Positions 8,187 to 19,215 of a DNA stretch of 43,891 bases are shown here, piece by piece. How positions within the stretch are numbered: the stretch's first letter is position 1; every line of letters begins with the position of its first letter. The translations under genes were made by a program, and so were the position numbers. The notes below the pieces were generated by a model. That model was not told the DNA's origin, did not search any database, and worked only from the letters and a program-made list of their open reading frames with translations. Origin of the DNA: Luminiphilus sp. (GTDB lineage: Bacteria; Pseudomonadota; Gammaproteobacteria; Pseudomonadales; Halieaceae); assembly GCA_038151055.1 (NCBI GenBank), contig JAYOUT010000001.1, positions 34,193 to 78,083 of the forward strand, given 5' to 3'.

Positions 8187-9500
8187 TCACCCTTTTTTTC
8201 CAACGCGCATCATGGCACTGAGACCATGGGCTTCGAGTGATTCAGCCTCAGCCAAAGTTGAGGCCACGGCGCCCAATCGCTGCGCACCCTCCTCAGAGAT
8301 CTGTATCACGCTACTTCGACGCTGAAAGTCGTAAACACCCAAGGGTGAGGCAAAGCGCGCTGAACCCGCAGTCGGCAATACGTGGTTGGGTCCCGCGCAG
8401 TAGTCACCCAGAGACTCTGAGGACATGGGGCCCATGAACACAGCGCCGGCCGCACGAATACCCTCGAGCAAAGCCTCAGGATTGTCGACCGCCAGCTCAA
8501 GATGCTCAGGCGCAAGCTGGTTGCTCAAATCGACTGCGGCTTCAAGGTCGGGAACCTGAATGAGGGCGCCTCGATTTCTCAGCGAGGCGCTGACAATGTC
8601 GCGGCGCGCCATAGAGGGCAGTTTTTCATCAATACAGGCAGCGACGGCATCCAGATAATCGGCGTCAGTGGCGATAAGCACCGCCTGAGCAAATTCGTCG
8701 TGCTCGGCTTGAGCAAACAAATCCATGGTGACCCACTCGGGATCCACGGAACCGTCGGCAATGATTAAAATTTCCGAGGGGCCTGCCACCATATCGATAC
8801 CGACACGGCCAAACACCTGACGCTTCGCCTCTGCCACATACCGATTTCCCGGCCCGACAATCTTGTCTACTCTGGGAATCGTTTCTGTACCGTGCGCCAG
8901 GGCAGCCACTGCTTGAGCGCCACCAATTGTGAATACCCTGTCGACGCCTGCCAGGCCTGCTGCTGCCAGTACCACCGCATTCAATTCGCCCTCGGGCGCT
9001 GGAACGACCATCACAACATCCGGCACCCCTGCGACCTTCGCCGGGATCACATTCATCAGCACCGAGGACGGATAACTGGCGCGCCCCCCCGGTACATAAA
9101 CGCCCACCCGGTCGAGAGGCAAGATTCGCTGACCCAGAACAGATCCTGTGTCATCCGTAAACTGCCAGCTGCTCGCCAACTGGTGCGCGTGAAAATCACG
9201 GATTCGCTGGATGGCTTTTTCCAAGGCCTCTCTGACCGCGGGGTCGATTGACTCCACCGCCTCTGCAAGCGCCGAGGGATCGACGCAGAGTGACCTCACA
9301 TCCTCAACAGATCGATGATCCAGCTCGTTAGTCAGTTGTAACAACGCTTCGTCGCCCCGCTCTGCAATCCGGGACACAATGCCTGTGACGGTTTGGGTCA
9401 GCGCCGGATCAGCGTCCGCTGGGCTAACCAACAGCTGCGCAAACCGACTGTCAAAGTCCGGTGAAGGATATTGAAGCCGCGTTATAGGAGCGTCTGACAT
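8187..9500 (-). CDS. hisD: Histidinol dehydrogenase
   Basis: GVYVPGG, DKIVGPGN, AGPSE, QAEHD, APEHL, GPNHVLPT. Confidence 0.98.
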   Translation of the reverse strand: MSDAPITRLQYPSPDFDSRFAQLLVSPADADPALTQTVTGIVSRIAERGDEALLQLTNELDHRSVEDVRSLCVDPSALAEAVESIDPAVREALEKAIQRIRDFHAHQLASSWQFTDDTGSVLGQRILPLDRVGVYVPGGRASYPSSVLMNVIPAKVAGVPDVVMVVPAPEGELNAVVLAAAGLAGVDRVFTIGGAQAVAALAHGTETIPRVDKIVGPGNRYVAEAKRQVFGRVGIDMVAGPSEILIIADGSVDPEWVTMDLFAQAEHDEFAQAVLIATDADYLDAVAACIDEKLPSMARRDIVSASLRNRGALIQVPDLEAAVDLSNQLAPEHLELAVDNPEALLEGIRAAGAVFMGPMSSESLGDYCAGPNHVLPTAGSARFASPLGVYDFQRRSSVIQISEEGAQRLGAVASTLAEAESLEAHGLSAMMRVGKKG

Positions 9501-10156
9501 CAGGATTCTCTGCTATTCACGGCGCTGGACAACGCCTCAATAACGGCCTGCACAGAACTGTGACGCGTGCGCATAGAAGCCTTGTTAACGATCAGCCGAG
9601 AGGACACCTCGGCGATAAGCTCCCGCGGCGCCATACCGTTCTCGGACAGCGTCTTGCCCGTGTCGACAATATCGACGATCTCATCCGCCAACCCCATCAA
9701 CGGAGCCAGCTCCATCGAGCCATACAGCTTGATGAGGTCAGCGTGCATCCCCTTTCTGGCGTAATGAGCCCGGGCAACGTTAACGAATTTGGTAGCCACT
9801 CTGACGCGCCGACTGGCATTGTCGCCTGACGCGGTCGAAGCAGGTCCGGCAGTCATCAACCGGCACCGGGCGATGCCCAGATCGAGTGGCTCATAAATCC
9901 CTGCACTGCCGGACTCCAATAGCATGTCCTTGCCGGCGATGCCCAAATCGGCGGCACCGTGGCGCACATAGGTGGGCACATCCGATCCTCTAAGAATGAC
10001 CAGGCTCACCCGCGACAGGCTTGTCGGGACGATCAGCTTTCGACTGGCCTCAAGGTCCTCTGCGGGCTCGATCCCTGCCGCAGCCAATAAGGGCAACGTC
10101 TCTTTAAGAATCCGGCCCTTTGTCAGCGCGATGGTGATGTCGTGGTCAATGTTCAT
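9500..10156 (-). CDS. hisG: ATP phosphoribosyltransferase, short form (needs HisZ)
   Basis: [37 protein letters not shown]. 218 aa with no C-terminal regulatory domain. Confidence 0.97.
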   Translation of the reverse strand: MNIDHDITIALTKGRILKETLPLLAAAGIEPAEDLEASRKLIVPTSLSRVSLVILRGSDVPTYVRHGAADLGIAGKDMLLESGSAGIYEPLDLGIARCRLMTAGPASTASGDNASRRVRVATKFVNVARAHYARKGMHADLIKLYGSMELAPLMGLADEIVDIVDTGKTLSENGMAPRELIAEVSSRLIVNKASMRTRHSSVQAVIEALSSAVNSRES

Positions 10157-10173
10157 GGCTATGCTCTCTGCCT

Positions 10174-11460
<1,287 letters not shown>

Positions 11461-11679
11461 TCAAGGCGTTCGCGCAGTGATGTTGACTGCGTGCAGAGTA
11501 CCGTCAGCGATCAAATCAGATAGCGGCGCATACACTGCCTGCTGGCGCGCCACCGGTCTCAGCCCCTCAAATGCGGCGCTGGTCACAACAATGTCGACAT
11601 GCCCGCCGTTGAGTGCCACCGTAATATCGCCGTCAGGGAAAGCCCCTGCGAGCCGCTCAGTGATTTCCTGCTCAGTCAC
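11461..11679 (-). CDS. ibaG: BolA-family protein IbaG/YrbA
   Basis: FEGL..V.RQQ.VY..L...I..G.LHAV.I.A.TP; directly upstream of murA. GTG 11679 chosen as start. Confidence 0.88.
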   Translation of the reverse strand: MTEQEITERLAGAFPDGDITVALNGGHVDIVVTSAAFEGLRPVARQQAVYAPLSDLIADGTLHAVNITARTP

Positions 11680-12382
11680 GGGCCAGTTCCTCTGCTTGTT
11701 CGGCAATCGTTGCATTCCACTGACTGATCACCACATCGAGATCATCGTCAGCCTCTTGGGCCAGAGCACTGAATTGATTGCGGTAGATTTCACCGAGGTT
11801 AATGGTCTCGATAATTAAGTTGCGGAGGCGCCAAGAGCCGTCTTTGTATTGACCCATCTGGTAGCGGATGGTGTAGACCCTGTCGGCCTCTCCGTAAACG
11901 AGCTGTGTCACGGAGGCGATGCGCGCGCTCTGGGGCGACGCCTCTGCACCTTGCACCTCCATTTTTGCCCCGCCGAACGCGAGCAACCCCTTGGCGTAGC
12001 TGCGGATCAAACCCTCTCTGAGCGTCGTCGCAAAGGCGTCTCGCTGGCGCTTTAATTGCGACCGACCGGCCGCGTCCATGCTACGGCCGCGGCTGTAGTA
12101 ATCACCCATCACAGCGGTCGCAAACCCGCGCCAATCAACCAGGTCAGCCAGCGCCGCGTCAATCTCTTGGTAATAGCGATCCGGATCTTCGTCAAAGTAA
12201 TCATTGGCGTCGGCCACCACTGACATAATGTTCTCGGTCACATCGCGGATGACCTCGGCAGGGCCCGCGCTTTTCGGACCCGATTCATCAGCCATTACCC
12301 ACGAGGGTATCGCCCACAGACAGGCGATCAGCAGAGTGGCCGTCAGGCCCAAAAACTGTCGGTGGTCGGCATGGATTCCCAT
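11672..12382 (-). CDS. mlaC: Periplasmic phospholipid-binding protein MlaC/Ttg2D family
   Basis: Signal peptide; VD...FA..VMG, F...L...Y and W+LRNLIIE.INL...YRNQF motifs; mla locus position. Start uncertain (12382-12454). Confidence 0.82.
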   Translation of the reverse strand: MGIHADHRQFLGLTATLLIACLWAIPSWVMADESGPKSAGPAEVIRDVTENIMSVVADANDYFDEDPDRYYQEIDAALADLVDWRGFATAVMGDYYSRGRSMDAAGRSQLKRQRDAFATTLREGLIRSYAKGLLAFGGAKMEVQGAEASPQSARIASVTQLVYGEADRVYTIRYQMGQYKDGSWRLRNLIIETINLGEIYRNQFSALAQEADDDLDVVISQWNATIAEQAEELARD

Positions 12383-12600
12383 CACAATCGGTACATCTCC
12401 GTTATAAGGCTCCCTGCCAGGGCGTGGCGCGTTGGTGACTTCATGACCAACCAATACATGCCAATCAAGGATTTGACTGGGTTAGACTGTGCGTCGCGCG
12501 AGAAATTCCACAAATCTCTCTGAGCAGGTTTGTCGCGGCACATAATACCCGATCAGCGCGAAAGCCTCTCGCCCGGCGGCGTGAATAAGGAAACAAGATA

Positions 12601-13557
12601 GTGTTGTGGTACTCGGCAGTGATAGCGGCTGGACTGGTCGCCTTGGTATGGAGTGCTGATCGTTTCGTAGACGGCGCCTCGGCGATCGCCAAGCGAGCGG
12701 GCCTGACGCCCATGGTGATTGGCTTGACCATCGTGTCGGTGGGCACCTCGGCCCCGGAAATCCTCATTTCAGTTATGTCTGCTCTGGCAGGATCCGGAGA
12801 GCTCGCTGTGGGTAACGCTCTGGGATCCAATATTGCCAATGTCGGGCTGGTGCTCGGTGTCACCCTGTTGGTGAGCCCTATTACGCTGGGCCGGAGCACG
12901 ACTTTAATCGACTTGCCGCTGCTGATGGCCGTGGTGCTACTCACCTGGGGGCTCCTGTCAGACCATCAATTGGACCCCGGCGACAGCCTTGTTTTACTCG
13001 TGACCCTGGGACTTTTTTTCATCCGCATTGCGCAGCACGCCAAGACGCCCGATATCAACAGCGAATCTCGTGAAATTCCCGAAATGTCCAATACGGCAGC
13101 GTGGCTGTCGTTTCTGGGCGGCCTGATCTTGCTGATCGGCTCCTCACGAGTACTGGTATGGGCGGCGTCACACATCGCTCAGGCGCTCGGCGTGTCTGAA
13201 CTGGTGATTGGCTTAACGATCGTCGCAGTGGGTACCAGCCTGCCCGAATTGGCAGCGGCGATCATGAGCGCGGTCAAAGGTCATGCCGACATGGCGATCG
13301 GCGCCATTGTCGGCTCGAACATGTTCAACATCCTGCTGGTGCTGGCAATCCCCGGTCTCTGGGGGACCCTGCCGCTTGAAACCGCCGTGGTGAGTCGAGA
13401 CATGGTCGCGGTATTTCTCACAACCCTGATCCTTGCTATGGCCGCGTTGTGGCGTTGGAATGGGTCGCTCGGTGCGGGCACACTCGGTAAGGGGACGGGT
13501 GGAACCCTGCTCACACTCTACGTCGCCTACTATGGGTGGCTTTTTTACCAACCCTGA
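12601..13557 (+). CDS. yrbG: Calcium/sodium:proton antiporter YrbG family
   Basis: Two alpha-repeats (GTSAPE...GSNIAN; GTSLPE...GSNMFN); upstream of kdsD. Confidence 0.93.
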   Translation: MLWYSAVIAAGLVALVWSADRFVDGASAIAKRAGLTPMVIGLTIVSVGTSAPEILISVMSALAGSGELAVGNALGSNIANVGLVLGVTLLVSPITLGRSTTLIDLPLLMAVVLLTWGLLSDHQLDPGDSLVLLVTLGLFFIRIAQHAKTPDINSESREIPEMSNTAAWLSFLGGLILLIGSSRVLVWAASHIAQALGVSELVIGLTIVAVGTSLPELAAAIMSAVKGHADMAIGAIVGSNMFNILLVLAIPGLWGTLPLETAVVSRDMVAVFLTTLILAMAALWRWNGSLGAGTLGKGTGGTLLTLYVAYYGWLFYQP

Positions 13558-13580
13558 ATAAGCCCCTGTTACGGTAAGCC

Positions 13581-14561
13581 ATGGACAACCAACCCGATCA
13601 GTTCTTCATCGACTCTGCGCGACGGACAATCTCCCTCGAGCGCAGTGCGATTGATTCGCTGGAGGGTGCACTGGGCACCGGATTTGCCGAGGCCTGTCGG
13701 CATATCGTGGCGACTGACGGACGGGTGGTCGTGACTGGCATGGGCAAGAGCGGGCATATCGCCGGCAAAATTGCCGCGACGTTAGCCAGCACTGGCACTC
13801 CCGCCTTTTTTGTTCATCCAGGCGAGGCCTCACACGGGGATATGGGCATGATTACCCGGCAGGACTGTGTGATCGCCCTCTCCAACAGCGGCAACACGCA
13901 AGAAATTCTGACCCTGCTACCCCTGATCAAGCGTCTGAACATTCCGCTTATCAGCATCACAGGCAACGCGGACTCGGAGCTAGGGCGGGCATCGGATGCG
14001 CACCTGTTAGCCTCTGTTGAGTCTGAGGCCTGCCCGCTCAATCTGGCACCCACCTCGAGCACAACGGCCGCGCTCGTTATGGGGGACGCGCTGGCCATCG
14101 CAGTACTGGAGGCCAAAGGCTTCACCGCCGAGGAGTTCGCTTTTTCGCACCCGGGTGGCTCATTGGGTAAACGCCTGTTGCTGCGGGTCACCGATGTCAT
14201 GGTGCAGGGAGACGACGTACCTCGCGTCGCACACGCTGCAACGCTGGCCGATGCACTCTATGAGATGACCCATAAAGGTCTGGGCATGACCACTGTCGCC
14301 TCAGCAGAGGGTGCGTTATTAGGCGTTTTTACTGACGGTGATCTGAGACGAGCTGTCGAAGAAAACAGCGACCTGCAGACAACACCCTTGGCCGCGGTCA
14401 TGACAGAAGGCGCCAGAACGGTCACCCAAGATCTGCTGGCCGCCGAAGCGCTGAGCCTCATGGAGCGTCACCAAATCAGCTCGCTGGTCGTGGTCGACAA
14501 TGCATCGCAGATCGTCGGAGTCGTGACCTTATTGGCTTTGCTCAGGGCAGGTATTTCATGA
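13581..14561 (+). CDS. kdsD: Arabinose 5-phosphate isomerase (SIS + CBS)
   Basis: GMGKSGHI, HPGEASHGDMG, LAPTSST, HPGGSLG, CBS pair. Confidence 0.96.
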   Translation: MDNQPDQFFIDSARRTISLERSAIDSLEGALGTGFAEACRHIVATDGRVVVTGMGKSGHIAGKIAATLASTGTPAFFVHPGEASHGDMGMITRQDCVIALSNSGNTQEILTLLPLIKRLNIPLISITGNADSELGRASDAHLLASVESEACPLNLAPTSSTTAALVMGDALAIAVLEAKGFTAEEFAFSHPGGSLGKRLLLRVTDVMVQGDDVPRVAHAATLADALYEMTHKGLGMTTVASAEGALLGVFTDGDLRRAVEENSDLQTTPLAAVMTEGARTVTQDLLAAEALSLMERHQISSLVVVDNASQIVGVVTLLALLRAGIS

Positions 14562-15085
14562 CGGGTCGGGCGGCACAGAAGGCAGAATCGATCGAATTGG
14601 TCGTGCTGGATGTAGATGGCGTGATGACAGATGGCACGCTGCTTTACGGTGGCCCCGACGACCCAGAGATCAAGGCCTTCAATATTAAAGATGGTCTCGG
14701 CATTAAGTTGCTACAGCAATGCAATATTGAAGTGGCCATTATCACGGGACGCGCTTCGCCTGCCGTGGAACGAAGAGCTCAGGAACTCGGCATCACCGCT
14801 CTGATCCAGAGCCGGGAAGACAAAGGTCAGGCGCTTGATGAGTTGCTGAAGTCATTGCAGTTGCCAGCCTCGGCGTCTGCCTACATGGGCGATGATTTAC
14901 CCGACTTGGGCGCGCTTCAACTCGCCGGGCTTGCGACGTGCCCCGCCAACGCGGCTGATGCGGTCATAGCCTGTGCAGACTGGGTGGCGCCAGCGCCGGG
15001 GGGACACGGTGCGGTGCGAGCGCTGTGCGACTTTATTTTGCAGGCGCAAGGTCACATACCTGATCTGTACGATCGTTTCCGATGA
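14558..15085 (+). CDS. kdsC: KDO 8-phosphate phosphatase
   Basis: HAD motifs DVDGVMTDG, IITGR, YMGDDLPD, GGHGAVR. Confidence 0.95.
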   Translation: MTGRAAQKAESIELVVLDVDGVMTDGTLLYGGPDDPEIKAFNIKDGLGIKLLQQCNIEVAIITGRASPAVERRAQELGITALIQSREDKGQALDELLKSLQLPASASAYMGDDLPDLGALQLAGLATCPANAADAVIACADWVAPAPGGHGAVRALCDFILQAQGHIPDLYDRFR

Positions 15086-15618
15086 AGCTCCTGATTATCG
15101 CTATTCTGACCGCGAGTGCTGGTATCGCTCTCTGGCAATCTGCACCCCGCATGGACACCTTCTCACCCGTAGAGGAAACCGACGACGTAGTGATTTCCAG
15201 TTATCTAGAGGCTGGCACGCGCACATTTTTTTCCACGGAGGGCGACAGATCTGACGTGCTTGAGATTGGCTCCGCGACGCGTTGGTCTGACAGTGACGAG
15301 GTTTCCCTCAGTGAAATCCGCTACCGTGCAAAAGGTGACAATGACACGGCCTGGGACATCACTGCCTCCGCCGGCACCTTCTTTGAAGACATTAATGAAC
15401 TTGTGTTGCAAAACGGGGTCACAGTCATCGAGACCGAACGACAGGCGACCATGACCACCGAAGCAATGCGGCTCTTTATGGATCAAAAACGTGCCACTGG
15501 GGAGCAGGACGTCTTGCTGACAGGACGTGGCAGTCGCACTTCCGGCTCATCGTTTGAGTTAGATCTGCAAACCAACACTGCGACACTCAAAGGCGACGTC
15601 GTAACGCAATATGAATAA
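15082..15618 (+). CDS. lptC: LPS export protein LptC
   Basis: N-terminal TM helix, beta-rich body, position between kdsC and lptA. Confidence 0.82.
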   Translation: MKLLIIAILTASAGIALWQSAPRMDTFSPVEETDDVVISSYLEAGTRTFFSTEGDRSDVLEIGSATRWSDSDEVSLSEIRYRAKGDNDTAWDITASAGTFFEDINELVLQNGVTVIETERQATMTTEAMRLFMDQKRATGEQDVLLTGRGSRTSGSSFELDLQTNTATLKGDVVTQYE

Positions 15619-16144
15619 ATCTCTCTATTGTTGCCTGTGTGGTGTTGTCAGTGCGCTGATGTTGTTGCCGGCCTACACACATGCGCTGGACTCTGATCGG
15701 GAGCAACCCATCCAGATTGTTGCCGATGTGGCGATCCGCGATGAGATTGCCGGGGAGACCCGCTACGAGGGCAACGTTGTGCTCACCCAGGGATCTCTGA
15801 AGATCACAGCTGATGAGCTGACTATTCTCCACAGCACTGAGGATGCGGATCGCATCATCGCCACGGGAAACCCCGCCACGCTGGTGCAGCAACCAACGCC
15901 AGATCAACCGCCGGTTGATGCTTCAGCGCTGCGCATTGAATACGTTCGCTCTGAGGACCTCGTGCGCCTGCTCGAAGACGCTCGCATCGCTCAAAATGGG
16001 TCAACCCTGTCGGGTAATCAAATCGATTACCTGGTCAGTCAACGAACAGTGAAAGCGGCGGGTGGCGCTGACGGTCCCGGACAGGGACGAGTCGAGGTCG
16101 TGATCCCGCCTGAGAATCTGCGCGACCCCTCTTCTGATGCCTAG
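15611..16144 (+). CDS. lptA: LPS transport periplasmic protein LptA
   Basis: Signal peptide, [35 protein letters not shown]. Confidence 0.93.
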   Translation: MNKSLYCCLCGVVSALMLLPAYTHALDSDREQPIQIVADVAIRDEIAGETRYEGNVVLTQGSLKITADELTILHSTEDADRIIATGNPATLVQQPTPDQPPVDASALRIEYVRSEDLVRLLEDARIAQNGSTLSGNQIDYLVSQRTVKAAGGADGPGQGRVEVVIPPENLRDPSSDA

Positions 16145-16865
16145 CACCCTCAGCGCCCATAACCTCGCCAAGGCCTATGCCGGCCGCCCGGTGGTAAAGG
16201 ATGTCTCGCTATCAGTGAGCGCAGGAGAGATTGTGGGTCTTTTAGGGCCAAATGGTGCCGGCAAAACCACCTGCTTCTACATGATTGTCGGCTTAGTGGA
16301 CGCGGATGCGGGAGATATCAGACTCGATGAGCAGTCCTTGATGACCCTGCCGATGCATCGCCGCGCGCGCGCCGGGATCGGTTATTTACCCCAGGAAGCC
16401 TCGGTATTCAGGCAACTGTCCGTAAGAGATAACCTGCTGGCTATTTTGGAGACGAGGTCCGAGCTCAGCCGGGCCGAGCGACATGACACTGCCGAGGCCT
16501 TGCTGGAAGAATTCAATGTGGGGCATCTCGCGGAGTCTCTGGGGCAAGCGCTGTCTGGCGGTGAACGCCGACGCGTAGAAATCGCCAGAGCTCTGGCGAC
16601 CGAACCCACGGTGATTCTGCTGGATGAGCCTTTCGCTGGCGTCGATCCGATCTCAATATCAGACATTAAAAATATCATTACCCACCTCAAAGACCGCGGC
16701 ATCGGTGTATTGATTACCGACCATAATGTGCGAGAAACGCTGGATATTTGCGAGCGCGCCTACATCGTCGGTGAAGGCCACGTGATTGCCTCAGGCAGCC
16801 CGGACGAGGTGCTGGCCAACGACAGGGTCCGTGAAACCTATTTGGGTGAACACTTCTCGCTGTAA
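16137..16865 (+). CDS. lptB: LPS export ABC transporter ATPase
   Basis: [39 protein letters not shown]. Confidence 0.97.
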   Translation: MPSTLSAHNLAKAYAGRPVVKDVSLSVSAGEIVGLLGPNGAGKTTCFYMIVGLVDADAGDIRLDEQSLMTLPMHRRARAGIGYLPQEASVFRQLSVRDNLLAILETRSELSRAERHDTAEALLEEFNVGHLAESLGQALSGGERRRVEIARALATEPTVILLDEPFAGVDPISISDIKNIITHLKDRGIGVLITDHNVRETLDICERAYIVGEGHVIASGSPDEVLANDRVRETYLGEHFSL

Positions 16866-16960
16866 CGTCTCGCTGCAGATATCGCACGGTATGACGCAGA
16901 CACTGACTCCACGGTTAAGGGGGTTGCTGATCCGCCCACGGTCGACGAGGCTTCCAGCAA

Positions 16961-16976
16961 TGCAAATTCCTTGCCA
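16961..16976 (-). promoter_or_regulatory. Sigma54 -24/-12 site facing away from rpoN
   Basis: Minus strand TGGCAAGGAATTTGCA = GG-N10-GC, one mismatch to TGGCAC-N5-TTGCW. Confidence 0.65.
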
Positions 16977-17038
16977 ATTCATTGGCATCCGCTGGCCCCG
17001 GCGATACACTGTATTTTCGTGGAGCCACAGTCAGCAGT

Positions 17039-18439
17039 ATGAAACAGGCGCTTCAGCTCAAGTTAGGGCAACAACTCGCCCTCACACCGCAGTTGCAACA
17101 AGCAATCAAACTGCTGCAGCTCAGCACCATCGACCTGCAACAAATCATTGAAGAAACCCTTGAATCCAACGCCTTGCTCGAGCGAGAGAGCGAGGAAACA
17201 GAACAAGAAGGGCTGGATTTTGCCGAGACCGCCGCGATAGAAGACGAGTCTGAGGGCTTGGCCGTCGATACGGTGTGGGAGGATGCGCTCCCCTCGTCGG
17301 CGCCACCCACGCAGAGCAGTGCGGCTGACTATGATTTTTCAGAGCAGGACTCAGAGGAGGAATCTCTTCGCGAGCATCTGCTGTGGCAACTCAATCTGAC
17401 ACGATTTTCTGATAACGACCGACTGATCGCGCTCGCTTTGATTGACGCGGTGGATGAAGACGGCCGACTCGGTCAAACACCTGAAGAGATCCATCAGGAT
17501 CTGGCGCTAGAGGAAATTGATCTCGACGAGGTCATCGCAGTACTGCACCGACTCCAACATTTCGAACCTTCGGGGGTGTTCGCGACCGACCTCAGAGAGT
17601 GCCTGCTGATACAGCTCAGGCAACTGCCCACCGATACACCTTACCGCGACATTGCCGGAGCGCTTGTCAGTCGCTATCTGCAGCAGCTTCCTACCGCGCC
17701 GCCCAGGCAACTCGCCCGCAAATTACGCACCTCGGTCGAGGAATTGGAGTGCGCTATCCAGCTGATTCGAACCCTCGACCCTACGCCTGGCGCCTCGGTT
17801 GGCAGCGATCGAACTGAATACGTGACACCTGATGTTTTCGTGCGGCAGTTGGACGACCGGTGGCAGGTAGAACTCAATCCCGACGTTGCGCCAAAGCTGA
17901 GAGTCAATGATCACTACGTGAGCATGCTCAATAATGGCTCTGCGACGGATCGTGGCTACGTGAAGGAGCAGCTTCAGGAAGCACGCTGGTTTATGAAGAG
18001 TTTGCAAAGCCGTAATGAGACACTGCTCAAAGTAGCGAGCAAAATTGTCGAGCACCAGCAATCGTTTCTTGAAGTAGGCGAAATCGGTATGAAGCCGCTG
18101 GTGCTGGCTGACATCGCAAGCGAAGTCGACCTGCACGAGTCCACCGTGTCGCGAGCAACCACCCGAAAATATATGCACACCCCAAGAGGGACGTTCGAAT
18201 TGAAATATTTCTTTTCGAGCCGAGTGTCTGGAGACCAGGGTGACGATATCGCATCCACTGCGATTAAAGCGGCCATCCGTAAGCTGATCTCAGATGAGGA
18301 CGTCCGCAAACCTCTGAGTGACGCCAAGCTGTGCGCCCAACTCAAGGATCAAGGCATGACGGTGGCTCGCAGAACCATCGCAAAGTACCGGGAGCAACTT
18401 GCGATCCCGCCGTCTAATGAACGCAAACGTCTAAACTAA
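17039..18439 (+). CDS. rpoN: RNA polymerase sigma-54 factor
   Basis: MKQALQLKLGQQLALTPQLQQAI, HESTVSRA, RpoN box ARRTIAKYR. Start moved to ATG 17039. Confidence 0.98.
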   Translation: MKQALQLKLGQQLALTPQLQQAIKLLQLSTIDLQQIIEETLESNALLERESEETEQEGLDFAETAAIEDESEGLAVDTVWEDALPSSAPPTQSSAADYDFSEQDSEEESLREHLLWQLNLTRFSDNDRLIALALIDAVDEDGRLGQTPEEIHQDLALEEIDLDEVIAVLHRLQHFEPSGVFATDLRECLLIQLRQLPTDTPYRDIAGALVSRYLQQLPTAPPRQLARKLRTSVEELECAIQLIRTLDPTPGASVGSDRTEYVTPDVFVRQLDDRWQVELNPDVAPKLRVNDHYVSMLNNGSATDRGYVKEQLQEARWFMKSLQSRNETLLKVASKIVEHQQSFLEVGEIGMKPLVLADIASEVDLHESTVSRATTRKYMHTPRGTFELKYFFSSRVSGDQGDDIASTAIKAAIRKLISDEDVRKPLSDAKLCAQLKDQGMTVARRTIAKYREQLAIPPSNERKRLN

Positions 18440-18462
18440 CGGTTGATTGATAGGAGTATCAA

Positions 18463-18750
18463 ATGAATCTAACCATCAGCGGCCACCATATGGATGTCAC
18501 ACCCGCCATACGCCAGCATGTCGAAGGAAAACTGGAACCCATCGAGCGCCATGGCGACCACATTACGCGCATTGAAGTCACGCTCATCGTCGAAAAACAT
18601 CTTCATAAAGCAGAGGCCAACTTGCATGTGGCCGGGGCTGACTTGTTTGCGTCATCAGAATCGGATGACATGTATGCCGCCATCGATGCGCTGGCTGACA
18701 AGCTGGATCGGCAGGTCATCAAACATAAGGAAAAACACCGAGGCCATTGA
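18463..18750 (+). CDS. hpf: Ribosome hibernation promoting factor (short HPF)
   Basis: ISGHH...T.AIR, DMYAAID.L.DKL.RQ..KHKEK; AGGAG RBS. Confidence 0.96.
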   Translation: MNLTISGHHMDVTPAIRQHVEGKLEPIERHGDHITRIEVTLIVEKHLHKAEANLHVAGADLFASSESDDMYAAIDALADKLDRQVIKHKEKHRGH

Positions 18751-18753
18751 TCG

Positions 18754-19215
18754 ATGTCTGATCTCAGCCAACTGAAGCACGAGCGCGTACTGGCACTGTG
18801 CGGCCAGGCTCTTCAGAGTAAAAAAAGACTGTTTGAACGCGCAGCAGAAGCCATGTCAGCAGAATTGGATCTGGACGCCGAGTCCATCTATCGCGCGCTA
18901 CTGGCCCGGGAAAAGCTTGGCAGCACAGCTATTGGCGAAGGTGTGGCGATCCCTCACAGCCGCGATGACCACTGTGACGACGCCGCAGGCTGCTTGATCA
19001 CCCTCGAGGAGCCTATCGACTTTGCCGCCGCAGACGGCAAAGCCGTCGATATTGTTTTCGTGTTGTTGGTGCCGGCAGAGGCCACGCAGGAGCACCTCAA
19101 TCTTCTGGCCGGGCTAGCAACAGCATTTTCAAGCAGCGACATCCGCTCGGCGTTGCGTGACGCTAAAACAGCTGAACAAGCAAAACAGACGCTACTCTGC
19201 GGCACTCATCCATGA
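18754..19215 (+). CDS. ptsN: PTS EIIA-Ntr
   Basis: SKKR, REKLGST.IG.GVAIPH, HLNLLA.LA. Confidence 0.93.
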   Translation: MSDLSQLKHERVLALCGQALQSKKRLFERAAEAMSAELDLDAESIYRALLAREKLGSTAIGEGVAIPHSRDDHCDDAAGCLITLEEPIDFAAADGKAVDIVFVLLVPAEATQEHLNLLAGLATAFSSSDIRSALRDAKTAEQAKQTLLCGTHP

